From the NCBI GenBank assembly GCA_947466585.1, contig CANIEU010000001.1, forward strand, positions 48,414 through 112,413: a DNA stretch of 64,000 nucleotides. Reading direction: 5' to 3'. Positions 1 through 9,415 of this stretch are shown piece by piece (the stretch's first letter is position 1; each line of letters begins with the position of its first letter). Source of the DNA: Fibrobacterota bacterium (GTDB lineage: Bacteria; Fibrobacterota; Fibrobacteria; UBA11236). The position numbers and the translations under genes were made by a program. The notes under the pieces were generated by a model that saw only the letters and a program-made list of their open reading frames with translations, did no database searches and was not told where the DNA came from.

Positions 1-1
1 C

Positions 2-679
2 TTGCCCGAACCTCCGGAGTTGGAGCCGATCGAGGACGCTTTTCCCGAAGCCGGAGTCGGCGAGCCCGCGACCCCCAGCAAAACTACCGCAAAAACCGAA
101 GCGAAGGCCGCACCCACCGCATCGACCGCTTCGACTCAAACTGTTTCCAAAGCCGCATCTTCCACACCTGCCGCCCCTGCTGCAAAGCCTGCAGTTCAAC
201 CTGCGGCCCCCAATCAGGGGATCGTCAAAACCGGTGCATACACGCTGCAAATCGGCATTTTCAACAGCGAAAAGCAGGCGAAAAAGCGCGCCGGTGCCTT
301 GGTCGCGCTCGGTCTGCCCGCTTATGTGACCCACGTGCAAGACCCCAAGCCCACCATGCCGGGATCCTACTATCGAGTTCGCGTGGGCTCCTTCGCCAGC
401 AGCCAGGCGGCCAAGGGCTATGGCGCCACCAACCTGACCCCCGCAGGCATCGACTTTTGGGCCGACCTGAAGGGTCGCGACACGGCTCCCGTGCAGCAGG
501 TGTTCAAGGCCCCGCCGGCCTCTCCTAAGATCGTTCCCGCCCCTGCGGCCACCGAAACGCCTGCGGCAGCGCCTCAAACGCCTGCGGCAGCGTCTCAAAT
601 GCCTGCGGAGCCCGCGAAGCCCTCGACCCCTGCCGCTCCGGGCGACTCGCAGCCGGCCCCCAAACTTCCCGACTGGTAG
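2..679 (+). CDS. SPOR-domain (peptidoglycan-binding) protein, 5' end cut by window edge; Ala/Pro-rich linker plus C-terminal SPOR fold
   Basis: ORF 2..679; segment YTLQIGIFNSEKQAKKRAGALVALGLPAYV...YYRVRVGSFASSQAAKGY fits the SPOR repeat pattern; no start codon in window. Confidence 0.55.
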   Translation: MPEPPELEPIEDAFPEAGVGEPATPSKTTAKTEAKAAPTASTASTQTVSKAASSTPAAPAAKPAVQPAAPNQGIVKTGAYTLQIGIFNSEKQAKKRAGALVALGLPAYVTHVQDPKPTMPGSYYRVRVGSFASSQAAKGYGATNLTPAGIDFWADLKGRDTAPVQQVFKAPPASPKIVPAPAATETPAAAPQTPAAASQMPAEPAKPSTPAAPGDSQPAPKLPDW

Positions 680-780
680 TCTGGTAAGTACCTTTGACAG
701 CCCCCTTTTGAACGTCTCTCTACCCGCTTTTAAAGCGTCCGGAGCGACTTTCAGAGGCGGATGAACCGAAGGACCGACCT

Positions 781-2154
781 TTGCCCAATGCAACGACTAA
801 AAGCAGAGCGCGCAAGCCCGCCCATTCCCCCACCGCGATCCCCGTCCGGGACCGCAAGGTGCGCATCGTCAATTTGGGTTGCTCCAAGAACCAGGTCGAC
901 AGCGAAAACATCTTGGGTGAATTCGGCCGCGCAGGATTCACCCTCGCCGCCGACGGCGACCGCTCCGCAGTCACGGTGATCAACACCTGCGGCTTCATCG
1001 AAGCCGCCAAGGAAGAATCGGTCAACGAAATTCTGGCCGCGCTCGGCAACCGCAACGACGGTGAAAAGGTCGTGGTGGCAGGCTGCCTGTCGCAGCGCTA
1101 TCTCGGCGAACTGCACAAAGAAATCCCCGAAGCCGATCTGCTGGTGGGCACCTATCAGCCCGGCGAAATCATCGAGCGCCTCGGCCTCACGTCGACCCTG
1201 CCTTCCGATTGCATCGCCGGCGCCGGTCCGCGCGCGTTGATGGGCGAAGAGCCGCATCACGCCTTTCTGAAAATCGCCGAAGGCTGCAACCGGGTGTGCG
1301 GATTCTGCGCCATCCCCGGCATGCGCGGCAAACAGCGCAGCCGCACGGTGGCCGACATCGTCGCCGAAGCGCAACAGCTCGAATCATGGGGCATTCAGGA
1401 AGTCTCGCTGATCGCTCAGGACCTCACGTTTTTCGGTCGTGAAAAGAACGGCACCGAAAATCTGGAAGGGCTTCTCCGCACGCTGCTTCGTGAAACCGGG
1501 ATTCCCTGGATCCGTCTCATGTACGCCTATCCGGCGTTTCTCACCGACGGCCTCCTCGATGTGATGGCCACCGAAAAGCGCATGTGCAAATACCTCGACA
1601 TGCCCGTGCAGCACGCCAGCGACCGCATGCTCAAGGCCATGCGCCGCAACTACACGGGCGAAAGCCTGCGCCAACAATTACGGGGCTTGCGCGCCGCCGT
1701 GCCCGGCATCGCGCTGCGCACCACCGTGGTGCTCGGCTATCCCGGCGAGACCGAAGAGGACGTCGAGGAACTGCTCGCGCTGATGGAAGAGACACGCTTC
1801 CGTCATCTCGGCGGCTTCACCTACTCCGACGAAGAAGGCACACACGCCTTCGATCTGCAACCGAAGGTTCCGCAAGAAGTGATGGAAGAACGTCTTGGCC
1901 GCGTGATGGATCTGCAGCGTGAGATCGCCACCGAGGACAATCAGGCGCGTGTCGGATCAACGGTCGAGGTGATCGTAGATGCGGTGGCCGAGGGCGAGAC
2001 GCACCACTTTGTGGGCCGTACCCAAGGCGACGCGCCCGAGGTCGACGGCCGCGTGTTGATTCATGGTGCCGAAGACGCCGAAGTCGGAACCTTCCGCAAG
2101 GTGTTCGTCACCGGCGCGACGGATTTCGATCTGGAAGGAAAATTCGCCCTGTAG
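781..2154 (+). CDS. rimO: Ribosomal protein S12 methylthiotransferase RimO (MiaB-like radical SAM + TRAM); true start may lie a few codons downstream
   Basis: VRIVNLGCSKNQVDSE MTTase N-domain, CxxxCxxC radical-SAM motif (AEGCNRVCGFCAIP), C-terminal TRAM-like domain. Confidence 0.85.
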   Translation: MPNATTKSRARKPAHSPTAIPVRDRKVRIVNLGCSKNQVDSENILGEFGRAGFTLAADGDRSAVTVINTCGFIEAAKEESVNEILAALGNRNDGEKVVVAGCLSQRYLGELHKEIPEADLLVGTYQPGEIIERLGLTSTLPSDCIAGAGPRALMGEEPHHAFLKIAEGCNRVCGFCAIPGMRGKQRSRTVADIVAEAQQLESWGIQEVSLIAQDLTFFGREKNGTENLEGLLRTLLRETGIPWIRLMYAYPAFLTDGLLDVMATEKRMCKYLDMPVQHASDRMLKAMRRNYTGESLRQQLRGLRAAVPGIALRTTVVLGYPGETEEDVEELLALMEETRFRHLGGFTYSDEEGTHAFDLQPKVPQEVMEERLGRVMDLQREIATEDNQARVGSTVEVIVDAVAEGETHHFVGRTQGDAPEVDGRVLIHGAEDAEVGTFRKVFVTGATDFDLEGKFAL

Positions 2155-2160
2155 GGACAA

Positions 2161-2235
2161 CGTTGTTCAATGGAACAATGGAAGGCCTGTCACTAAATAG
2201 CCTGCGTTCATTGCTCTATTGCTCTATTGTTCTAT
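2161..2235. repeat. Imperfect palindromic intergenic element (caatggaacaatgg ... ctattgctctattgttctattg)
   Basis: Inverted-repeat arms visible directly in sequence between rimO stop and next gene. Confidence 0.4.
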
Positions 2236-2244
2236 TGTCGTGCG

Positions 2245-2736
2245 TTACCGTGCGAACGTTGCCTTGACCTCTTTCGGCGGCAGGCACTGCGAGTCGTTGC
2301 AGGCCTGATACCTCAAGGTCACCGAAGAATTTTCGAGCGCGGCCGCCAACACCTTCGGGTCGGTCTTTTTCTTTGTGGCACGCGCCGTGACGCGAATGTC
2401 CAGGGTATCTTCGAACAGGGCGACCTTGCCTCCCAGAGCGTCGAGTTCCTTAACGACGGGTTCGGGAAACACGGGCTTTCCGAAACACAGCCCTTCGCCA
2501 GAGGCCTTGACCTCGGTGGGAATCAGGTATTCATCGAGCGGGGCGTTCGACTGAATGTGCCAGCCCTTGGGAATGATCACCCGCACGCGGGCCACCGTCG
2601 AGTCACCCTTAAAGCCCTTCGCGTCGGCCCGAAAGGTGACAACCGGAACCGGAGTGGCCGCGTATGCGGTTTGTGCGGCTCCCGCAAAAATGACGATCGG
2701 GAGGGCAAGGAGCAAGGAGGAGGTCGAGAGGCGCAT
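2245..2736 (-). CDS. Secreted DsbD N-terminal-domain-like (thiol:disulfide interchange) protein
   Basis: Signal peptide MRLSTSSLLLALPIVIFAGAAQTAYA; C-terminal YQACNDSQCLPP motif typical of DsbD alpha domain; start at internal Met 2736..2734. Confidence 0.5.
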   Translation of the reverse strand: MRLSTSSLLLALPIVIFAGAAQTAYAATPVPVVTFRADAKGFKGDSTVARVRVIIPKGWHIQSNAPLDEYLIPTEVKASGEGLCFGKPVFPEPVVKELDALGGKVALFEDTLDIRVTARATKKKTDPKVLAAALENSSVTLRYQACNDSQCLPPKEVKATFAR

Positions 2737-2798
2737 AGGCGGGTAAAATACGAAGTTCACCGGAGGTCGAGTCCACCCCAAAGAGGTAAATTGCCATC

Positions 2799-4157
2799 AT
2801 GTCCAACACACCCTCTAAATTGATGCGCTCTGTCTCGGGGATCCGCGGCATTGTCGGCCCCGATTTCAATCCCGTCCTCATCGCGAAATACGTCAACGCC
2901 TTCGTCCAGATCACCGGCGCCAAGCGGGTGGTGGTGGGTCGCGACACCCGGCCCACGGGTTTGATGGTGGAGGGCTGCGTGGCCGCCGCGTTGCAGGCTG
3001 CCGGCGCCGAAGCGGTGCTGCTCGGCGTAGCATCGACCCCGACGGTGGAAATGGAAGTGGTGCGGCACAAGGCCGACGCCGGCATCATCGTCACCGCCTC
3101 GCACAATCCGCTGGAGTGGAACGCGCTGAAGTTCCTCGACCGCGAAGGGATTTTTCTCGACGAAGCCGCTGTGCAAAAACTCTTCGCACTCGTGGACGGC
3201 GATGCGATGGTGTGGCTCGATCACGCCGGGACCGGCCGCGTGTCGAGCGAGTCGGGAGCCGATGCGGCCCACATCGCTGCCCTACTGGCCCTGCCCTGCA
3301 TCGATGCGGAGGCGATTCGCGTGCGCGGCTTCAAGGTGGCCTATGACGCGGTGAACGGTGCCGGCAGCCTGATCGTGCCCGATCTTCTGCGCGCGTTGGG
3401 CTGCGAGGTATGCGCCATCCATGTGACTCCCGACGGGATCTTTCCGCACGGCGCGGAACCCACGCCCGAGAATCTGGCCGACTTGGGACGCGCGGTGCGC
3501 GAGAACGGTTGCGATATCGGTTTCGCCACCGACCCAGATGCGGACCGCTGCGCGCTGGTGAACGAGCGCGGCGAGGCCGTGGGCGAAGAGTACACGCTCG
3601 CCTTGGCGGTGGATTCGTACCTGCGGCGCAATCCCGGGCCGGTGACGGTGAATCTCTCGACGAGCCGGATGAGTGCGGACCTCGCGGCGCGGCACGGGGT
3701 GCCCTTCGCGCGCGGCAAGGTGGGCGAGATCAATGTGACCATGGAAATGAAGCGCAACGGGAGCGTGATCGGCGGCGAAGGCAATGGCGGGGTGATTTTG
3801 CCCGACCTGCATTACGGCCGCGACGGTATTCTGGCCGTGGCGATGATTTTGCAGTCGATGGCGGAGCGGAACCTGCCGGTTTCGGCCCTGATCGCGGGAA
3901 TTCCCGCCTATCACATCGACAAGCGCAAATTCGAACTGGGATCGACCTCCCTCCCCGATGTGTATGCCCGGCTCGAAAAAACCTTTTCCGGAGCAGAAAT
4001 GGATCGGCGCGACGGCCTGTGGTTCGGCTGGGAGACGGATCGGAGCTGGGTGCATGTTCGCCCCTCGAACACGGAACCGGTGATTCGAGCCATTGCCGAG
4101 GCCCCCACGGCGGCCGAAGCCGCCCGTTTGTGCGAAGCTGTGGCGGCATTGCTCTAG
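2799..4157 (+). CDS. glmM: Phosphoglucosamine mutase (alpha-D-phosphohexomutase family)
   Basis: SGIRGIVG N-terminus, active-site TASHNP loop, directly upstream of glmS. Confidence 0.8.
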   Translation: MSNTPSKLMRSVSGIRGIVGPDFNPVLIAKYVNAFVQITGAKRVVVGRDTRPTGLMVEGCVAAALQAAGAEAVLLGVASTPTVEMEVVRHKADAGIIVTASHNPLEWNALKFLDREGIFLDEAAVQKLFALVDGDAMVWLDHAGTGRVSSESGADAAHIAALLALPCIDAEAIRVRGFKVAYDAVNGAGSLIVPDLLRALGCEVCAIHVTPDGIFPHGAEPTPENLADLGRAVRENGCDIGFATDPDADRCALVNERGEAVGEEYTLALAVDSYLRRNPGPVTVNLSTSRMSADLAARHGVPFARGKVGEINVTMEMKRNGSVIGGEGNGGVILPDLHYGRDGILAVAMILQSMAERNLPVSALIAGIPAYHIDKRKFELGSTSLPDVYARLEKTFSGAEMDRRDGLWFGWETDRSWVHVRPSNTEPVIRAIAEAPTAAEAARLCEAVAALL

Positions 4158-4260
4158 GGCCAGCCCCCGTGACGCCCGGGGTCACCCCCCGGCATAAACA
4201 CGGGCGCCCTCCCCCCCTCTTTTTTAACTTCACAGCGGTTCACCCCCGGAGATTTCTTTC

Positions 4261-6087
4261 ATGTGCGGAATTGTAGCCTACACGGGAAAATGCCAAGCGG
4301 TCGGCATCCTCATCGAGGGGCTCCGGAAGCTGGAGTACCGCGGCTATGACAGCGCGGGAGTCTGCCTCCAAGACGGCGGCAAGCTGACCACGATTCGCGC
4401 CAAAGGACGGCTTTCGGAACTGGAAGCGGCCCTGCACGGACGGCCCAAGCTGGGCACCACGGGCATCGCCCACACGCGCTGGGCCACGCACGGCGCTCCG
4501 TCCGAGAAAAACGCCCACCCCCACATGAGCATGAACGGCGAATTCGCGGTGGTGCACAACGGCATCATCGAGAACTACGCCTTGATCAAGGCCGGCTTAC
4601 AGGCCGAGGGCGTGGTGTTTCAATCGGAGACCGACACCGAAGTGATCGCGCATCTGGTTGCGAAGCTTTACAAAGACAGCCTCGCACAGGCCGTTGCCGA
4701 TACGTTGGCACACCTCGAAGGCGCGTTCGGCATCGTAGTGATTTCGGCGCGCGAACCCGGCGTGCTGATCGGCGCGCGGCGCGGTAGCCCGCTGGTGCTC
4801 GGCGTGGGCGAAAGCGAATGCATTTTGGCATCGGACGCCTCCGCCATTGTGGAGCACACGCAAAAAGTCGTGTACCTCGATGAGAACGACATGGTGGAGA
4901 TCAATGGCGGCGAGTACCGCATCACCAACCAGGCGCGCGCCGAAGTGCGCCGCGAGATCCAGAACATCGGGTTCAGCGCGGATCAGGTGGCCAAGGGCAG
5001 CTTCGAGCATTTCATGCTGAAGGAGATTTTCGAGCAACCCGAGGCGGTGATCAATTCATTGCGCGGCCGCCTGCTGCTCGACTCGGGCACCGCCAATCTG
5101 CAGGGTCTCAACCTAGTGCAGCAGGAATTACGCGGCATCAAGCGCATCATCATCATCGCCTGCGGCACGTCGTTTTATGCCGGCAAGGTGGGCGAATATC
5201 TGATCGAGGAACTGGCGGGCATTCCGGTGGAAGTCGAGTACGCTTCTGAATTCCGCTACCGCAACCCGATTCTCGAGGAGAAGACCATCGTGTTCGCGGT
5301 CTCGCAATCTGGCGAAACCGCCGATACGCTGGCGGCGCTCCGCGAAGCCAAGCGCAAGGGCGCGACCGTGCTGGGCATCTGCAACGCAGTGGGCAGCTCC
5401 ATCGCCCGCGAGACCGACGGCGGCGTCTACCTACACGCGGGTCCCGAGATCGGCGTGGCCTCCACCAAGGCTTTCACCTGCCAGGTCACTGTGCTGACCT
5501 TGATCGCGTTGTTGCTCGGCCGTATGCGGCGGGTCAGCGCGGACGAAGGCCTCCGCATCTGCAAGGCCTTGCAGGCCATTCCCGGACAGATCCGCGAGAT
5601 CCTCGCGCAGAACGATCAGATCCGTGAAATCGCGAAGCAGTACGTCGACAACCGCAACTTCCTGTATCTCGGCCGCGGGTTCAACTACCCGGTCGCGCTC
5701 GAAGGCGCGCTCAAGCTCAAGGAAATCTCGTACGTGCACGCGGAAGGTTACCCTGCCGCGGAAATGAAGCACGGTCCCATTGCCCTGATCGACGCCGACA
5801 TGCCCACGGTGGTGGTCTGCCCCACCGATGCCCTCTTCGACAAGGTGATTTCAAACATGCAGGAGGTGAAGGCGCGCGGCGGGCGCATTCTCGCGGTGAC
5901 CGACTCCGAAAACGGACATCTCGACGGCATCGCCGACCACGTGATCCGCGTACCGAAAACGTTGGCGCCGCTCACGCCGCTGCTGCACGTGGTTCCGCTG
6001 CAACTGCTCGCCTACCACATCGCCGTGCTGCGCGGTTGCGACGTCGACATGCCAAGGAATTTGGCGAAAAGCGTGACGGTTGAGTGA
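4261..6087 (+). CDS. glmS: Glutamine--fructose-6-phosphate aminotransferase
   Basis: MCGIVAY N-terminal nucleophile, 608 aa with two SIS domains, ends ...DMPRNLAKSVTVE. Confidence 0.95.
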   Translation: MCGIVAYTGKCQAVGILIEGLRKLEYRGYDSAGVCLQDGGKLTTIRAKGRLSELEAALHGRPKLGTTGIAHTRWATHGAPSEKNAHPHMSMNGEFAVVHNGIIENYALIKAGLQAEGVVFQSETDTEVIAHLVAKLYKDSLAQAVADTLAHLEGAFGIVVISAREPGVLIGARRGSPLVLGVGESECILASDASAIVEHTQKVVYLDENDMVEINGGEYRITNQARAEVRREIQNIGFSADQVAKGSFEHFMLKEIFEQPEAVINSLRGRLLLDSGTANLQGLNLVQQELRGIKRIIIIACGTSFYAGKVGEYLIEELAGIPVEVEYASEFRYRNPILEEKTIVFAVSQSGETADTLAALREAKRKGATVLGICNAVGSSIARETDGGVYLHAGPEIGVASTKAFTCQVTVLTLIALLLGRMRRVSADEGLRICKALQAIPGQIREILAQNDQIREIAKQYVDNRNFLYLGRGFNYPVALEGALKLKEISYVHAEGYPAAEMKHGPIALIDADMPTVVVCPTDALFDKVISNMQEVKARGGRILAVTDSENGHLDGIADHVIRVPKTLAPLTPLLHVVPLQLLAYHIAVLRGCDVDMPRNLAKSVTVE

Positions 6088-6112
6088 AATCAGAAATCAG
6101 AAATCAGAAAGA
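6087..6112. repeat. Tandem heptamer (gaaatca)x3 immediately after glmS stop, upstream of scpA
   Basis: gaaatcagaaatcagaaatcagaaag read directly; related reverse-orientation copy at 56475-56504. Confidence 0.6.
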
Positions 6113-6211
6113 AACGCAAAAGTCATTTTTGGCCTTTGAACAGGTTTTGGATTGCCCCATGCTTTCTTCTTCCTTTCATATTTCCAATTTCATATTTCCG
6201 ATTTCCCTCGT

Positions 6212-7537
6212 ATGACCCAGCTCCAGCAAGTTCTCGATCTCGGCTACGAGGTGAAGCTTCCCGTTTTCGAGGGGCCGCTCGACCTGCTGCTGTACTTGGT
6301 TGAAAAGAACGAGCTGAATCCGCGCGATGTCTCGATCGCCACCATCACCGATCAATATCTCGAGCATCTTGATGCGCTGCAGAAAACCGATCTCGGTGCG
6401 GCGGGCGAATTTTTGGTGATGGCCTCGCGGCTCATGCGCCTCAAGGCGCGCGAACTGCTGCCCGCCGACGACAAGGATCCGCTCGAAGAGATGGAGTATC
6501 TGCTCGACCGGCAGGCCCTGATCGCGCAGATGCTGGAGTACCGGAAGTTTAAGGAAGCTGCGCGCTCGCTGCGCGACATCGAGGCCAAAAACTTCGGAGC
6601 GTTTCCGCGCGGGCGTTCCGAGAAGCCATCGGCCGCCGCACTGGCGGCCTTGTTCGCCCAACAATCCGCACAACAAGGCGGCGCGGAGGCGCTTCCGCTG
6701 CCCGAAGAGAACCTCTACGAAGAAGATGAGAACGGCGAAAGCGAAGCGGGCATTTACGATCTGCTCGCCGCCTTCAAATCGGTGCTGGCCTTGCGTCCGC
6801 GCATTCCCGTGCACGAAGTGGAGATCGACGAAGTTACCATCGAAGACCGCATGCAGCATGTGGAAACCGAGCTCATCAGCGCGGGCCGCATTTTGTTCGA
6901 GGATCTTTTCGGCAACGATCCGCGTCGCATGGCCAAGGTGGTGACCTTCATGGCCTTGCTTGAGCTGTGCAAGCTCGACCGCATCGTGGTGCGGCAGAAC
7001 CGCGCGCTCGGCACCATCTGGGTGTATCGCAAGGATTTGGAAAAGCCCGCCGCAAATAATTCGCAGGGTGGGAACAGTGGGAACGGTGCGGACGAACGCG
7101 CCCAGGCGATGGCCGAAGAGCTCGCCGCTGCAGACGCTCAGGCCGAGCCCGAAGAGACGGTGATCGAAGTGAAGCCGGGTCTGGTCGAATGGGTGCAAGA
7201 GCAGATTTTGCAGCGCAAAGCGCGCACAGCGCTCGACCAGATTCTCACAGATCTGGAACGCGAACTCAAGGAAGAGGATCGTGCGGCAGCCGCAGAGGCG
7301 CAGACCGCAGCCTCCGAAGGTGCCGAAGGCTCAGAAGGAATGGAAGGAACGGAAGAAACCGAGGCCCAGGAAACAGCCGAGGGTATCGAAGGGGTGCTGG
7401 AGGAGGACGGATCGATCTCTGCGTTGTCCACTCCCGAAATCGAGTCTCTGGCGGCGGCCACCCTGGACTCGGGGGCGCCCGACGTTCCCGAACGCTCGGC
7501 GCTTGCCGAAGAGCCCGAACCGGACGACGAGCCTTGA
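6212..7537 (+). CDS. scpA: Segregation and condensation protein A with roughly 200-aa acidic/Ala-Glu-rich C-terminal extension
   Basis: LPVFEGPLDLLLYLVEKNELNPRDVSIATITDQYLEHL ScpA core; start chosen at MTQLQQ (6212) in ORF 6152..7537 frame. Confidence 0.85.
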   Translation: MTQLQQVLDLGYEVKLPVFEGPLDLLLYLVEKNELNPRDVSIATITDQYLEHLDALQKTDLGAAGEFLVMASRLMRLKARELLPADDKDPLEEMEYLLDRQALIAQMLEYRKFKEAARSLRDIEAKNFGAFPRGRSEKPSAAALAALFAQQSAQQGGAEALPLPEENLYEEDENGESEAGIYDLLAAFKSVLALRPRIPVHEVEIDEVTIEDRMQHVETELISAGRILFEDLFGNDPRRMAKVVTFMALLELCKLDRIVVRQNRALGTIWVYRKDLEKPAANNSQGGNSGNGADERAQAMAEELAAADAQAEPEETVIEVKPGLVEWVQEQILQRKARTALDQILTDLERELKEEDRAAAAEAQTAASEGAEGSEGMEGTEETEAQETAEGIEGVLEEDGSISALSTPEIESLAAATLDSGAPDVPERSALAEEPEPDDEP

Positions 7538-7641
7538 ACCGGCGTGCCCTGATCCGGTCACACGGCCGTTATTTCTAACTTGCCGGAACGGCCACTGGCT
7601 CTTAAAAAACCACGATTTTAGCCCGAAAACAAGACTTTCGC

Positions 7642-8508
7642 GTGAACGAAGAACTTTCCAGCCCCGACGAGACCGCCTCCGGCCCCGGTATGGACGCGTC
7701 TGCTTCCAGTGAGAGTCTCGTGGTCGGCTCTGGATACCCGAACGCAGGGGAAGCCGGGAATACGGACTCGACCCTCCCCGCTGCACCCGTGGAAGAAGAC
7801 GGGGACGAGGGTGAAGACCAGGCCGATCTCGCGCCGGTTTGGATTCCCGAACCCGACAAGTTGCTGCTCTCGCTGCTGTTTGCTTCGCACGAATATCTCG
7901 ATGCACGGTCGCTGCGCGAAATCATGGGCCCGGAGTGGGATACGCCGCGCCTGCGCCAGTTGGTTCGCAAACTGAATCGCGATCTGGAGGCGAGCGAGCT
8001 TCCCTTTGAAATCGCCGAGACCGAAGGCACGTGGCGCCTGCGCACGCAGCCGAAATATTTTCCTTGGACGCGCAAACTGTTCAAGGAAGGCGCGCCGCGC
8101 CGCCTGTCGCAGGCCGCACTCGAAACGCTCGCGATCGTGGCCTACAAGCAACCCGTCACCAAGGCCGAGATCGAGTCGATCCGCGGCGTGAATGTGGACG
8201 GCAGCATGAAGACCCTGCTCGACAAAAAGTTGATCGACATCGGACGCCGTTCCGACGCGCTCGGGCAGGCCTTCACCTACCACACCACGCGCGACTTCAT
8301 GCGCTATTTCGGCATCAGCCGCGTGCCCGACGACTTGCCGCGCCTTTCGGAGTTCGAAGGCATCCTGAACGCACAGTCGCTGATTCCCCAAATGGGGCCA
8401 GACGGTGAGGTGCACGAGGTGTCGCGCCCGGATGAAGACGGGGAGCAGTTGACGCTGGGGATGGAGTCTTCCGTGTCCGAATCTTTGGACACGGAAACCG
8501 AAGACTAG
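7642..8508 (+). CDS. scpB: Segregation and condensation protein B with acidic N-terminal extension (GTG start)
   Basis: LETLAIVAYKQPVTKAEIESIRGVNVDGSMKTLLDKKLI winged-helix ScpB core; follows scpA. Confidence 0.85.
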   Translation: MNEELSSPDETASGPGMDASASSESLVVGSGYPNAGEAGNTDSTLPAAPVEEDGDEGEDQADLAPVWIPEPDKLLLSLLFASHEYLDARSLREIMGPEWDTPRLRQLVRKLNRDLEASELPFEIAETEGTWRLRTQPKYFPWTRKLFKEGAPRRLSQAALETLAIVAYKQPVTKAEIESIRGVNVDGSMKTLLDKKLIDIGRRSDALGQAFTYHTTRDFMRYFGISRVPDDLPRLSEFEGILNAQSLIPQMGPDGEVHEVSRPDEDGEQLTLGMESSVSESLDTETED

Positions 8509-9012
8509 GCTCCGGGCTCCAGGTCGCTCGCTTCAAGATCTTCGCGATCCTCGCCTTCGGGCACTTCCCCTTCTTTCCAAGGTTTGAGCGGCCGACCATC
8601 GCGGCGGCGGATCAACACTTCCGCCGAGGCAAGCGCCTCGGCGTACACGGGGCTTTCCGGCTTCAGCTTGAGCAGCCGCTCCTCCAGAATCGCCTTCGCA
8701 CTCTCGGGCTTGTCGAGCTCGTCCATCAGGATCACGGCCGTTTCCCAGAGCGACGGTTCGTGATTGGGAAGCACGTGGAGCGCGCTTTCGTAGCGCAGCA
8801 GGGCTTGCTCCCATTCGTCGAGCAGCGAGAGCGCACGGCCCCAGTAGTAGTAGCGTTGGGCATCGGCATCGGAGCCGTTCATGGCGCCCTTCAGCACGCC
8901 CGTAAAAGCGTTGAGCAGGGTCTCCGCCTCTTCCTGGCGGAAGTCCACGATCAGGTCGATGGCGTCGGCGAGAATCTGTTCGGGATCGGGGGGAAGCGGA
9001 GGAGGATTCATG
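8505..9012 (-). CDS. TPR-like repeat protein
   Basis: C-terminal part of ORF 8505..9455 from MNPPPLPPDPEQ; TPR-like helical repeats (YYYWGRALSLLDEWEQALLRYESAL). Confidence 0.45.
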
Positions 9013-9094
9013 GAGGGAAAGATAGCTGTCAGCTTTCCGTTTTCAGCTTTCAGTCCTCCGCCGTCAACGGGCGGTCCTGCCCTTCGTTGACCGT

Positions 9095-9415
9095 TTAACC
9101 CCACGCCTTCAAGCCCACCAGCGAGAACACCAACAAAGCGAGAAAAAACCACCCGGCGGGTGACAGGGTTTCGTGCAAGAAAAATGCGCCGACGGCAACC
9201 GTGCCCGCGGCGCCGATTCCCATCCAGACCGCGTAGGATAAGGTCATGGGAAGCGTCCGCTGCGCTTGAGCCAACAAATAGAGGATCGCGATGTTGGAAA
9301 AGATCACCCAGATCGACGGCAGCAGCCGGGTGAACCCGTGCGTGAACTTGAGACCCACAGCCCATCCCACTTCGAAAAGGCCCGCGAGAATGAGAAGAAG
9401 CCAAGCGGTCGTCAT
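9095..9415 (-). CDS. sugE: SMR-family small multidrug/quaternary ammonium transporter (SugE-like)
   Basis: 106 aa, 4 TM, GWAVGLK ... YAVWMGIGAAGT motifs. Confidence 0.8.
   Translation of the reverse strand: MTTAWLLLILAGLFEVGWAVGLKFTHGFTRLLPSIWVIFSNIAILYLLAQAQRTLPMTLSYAVWMGIGAAGTVAVGAFFLHETLSPAGWFFLALLVFSLVGLKAWG

Noticed and set aside
3282-4055. Long ORFs on the strand opposite to well-supported genes (e.g. 3282..4055-, 6176..7198-, 9823..11334+, 13064..14974+, 14902..16197+, 16383..17636+, 21135..22241-, 22374..23111-, 41401..42174-, 59842..61170+, 61398..62663-)
   Set aside because: High GC content suppresses stop codons in all frames. These ORFs have Arg/Gly/Ala-rich, motif-free translations and fully overlap genes with clear family signatures, so they are antisense artefacts.
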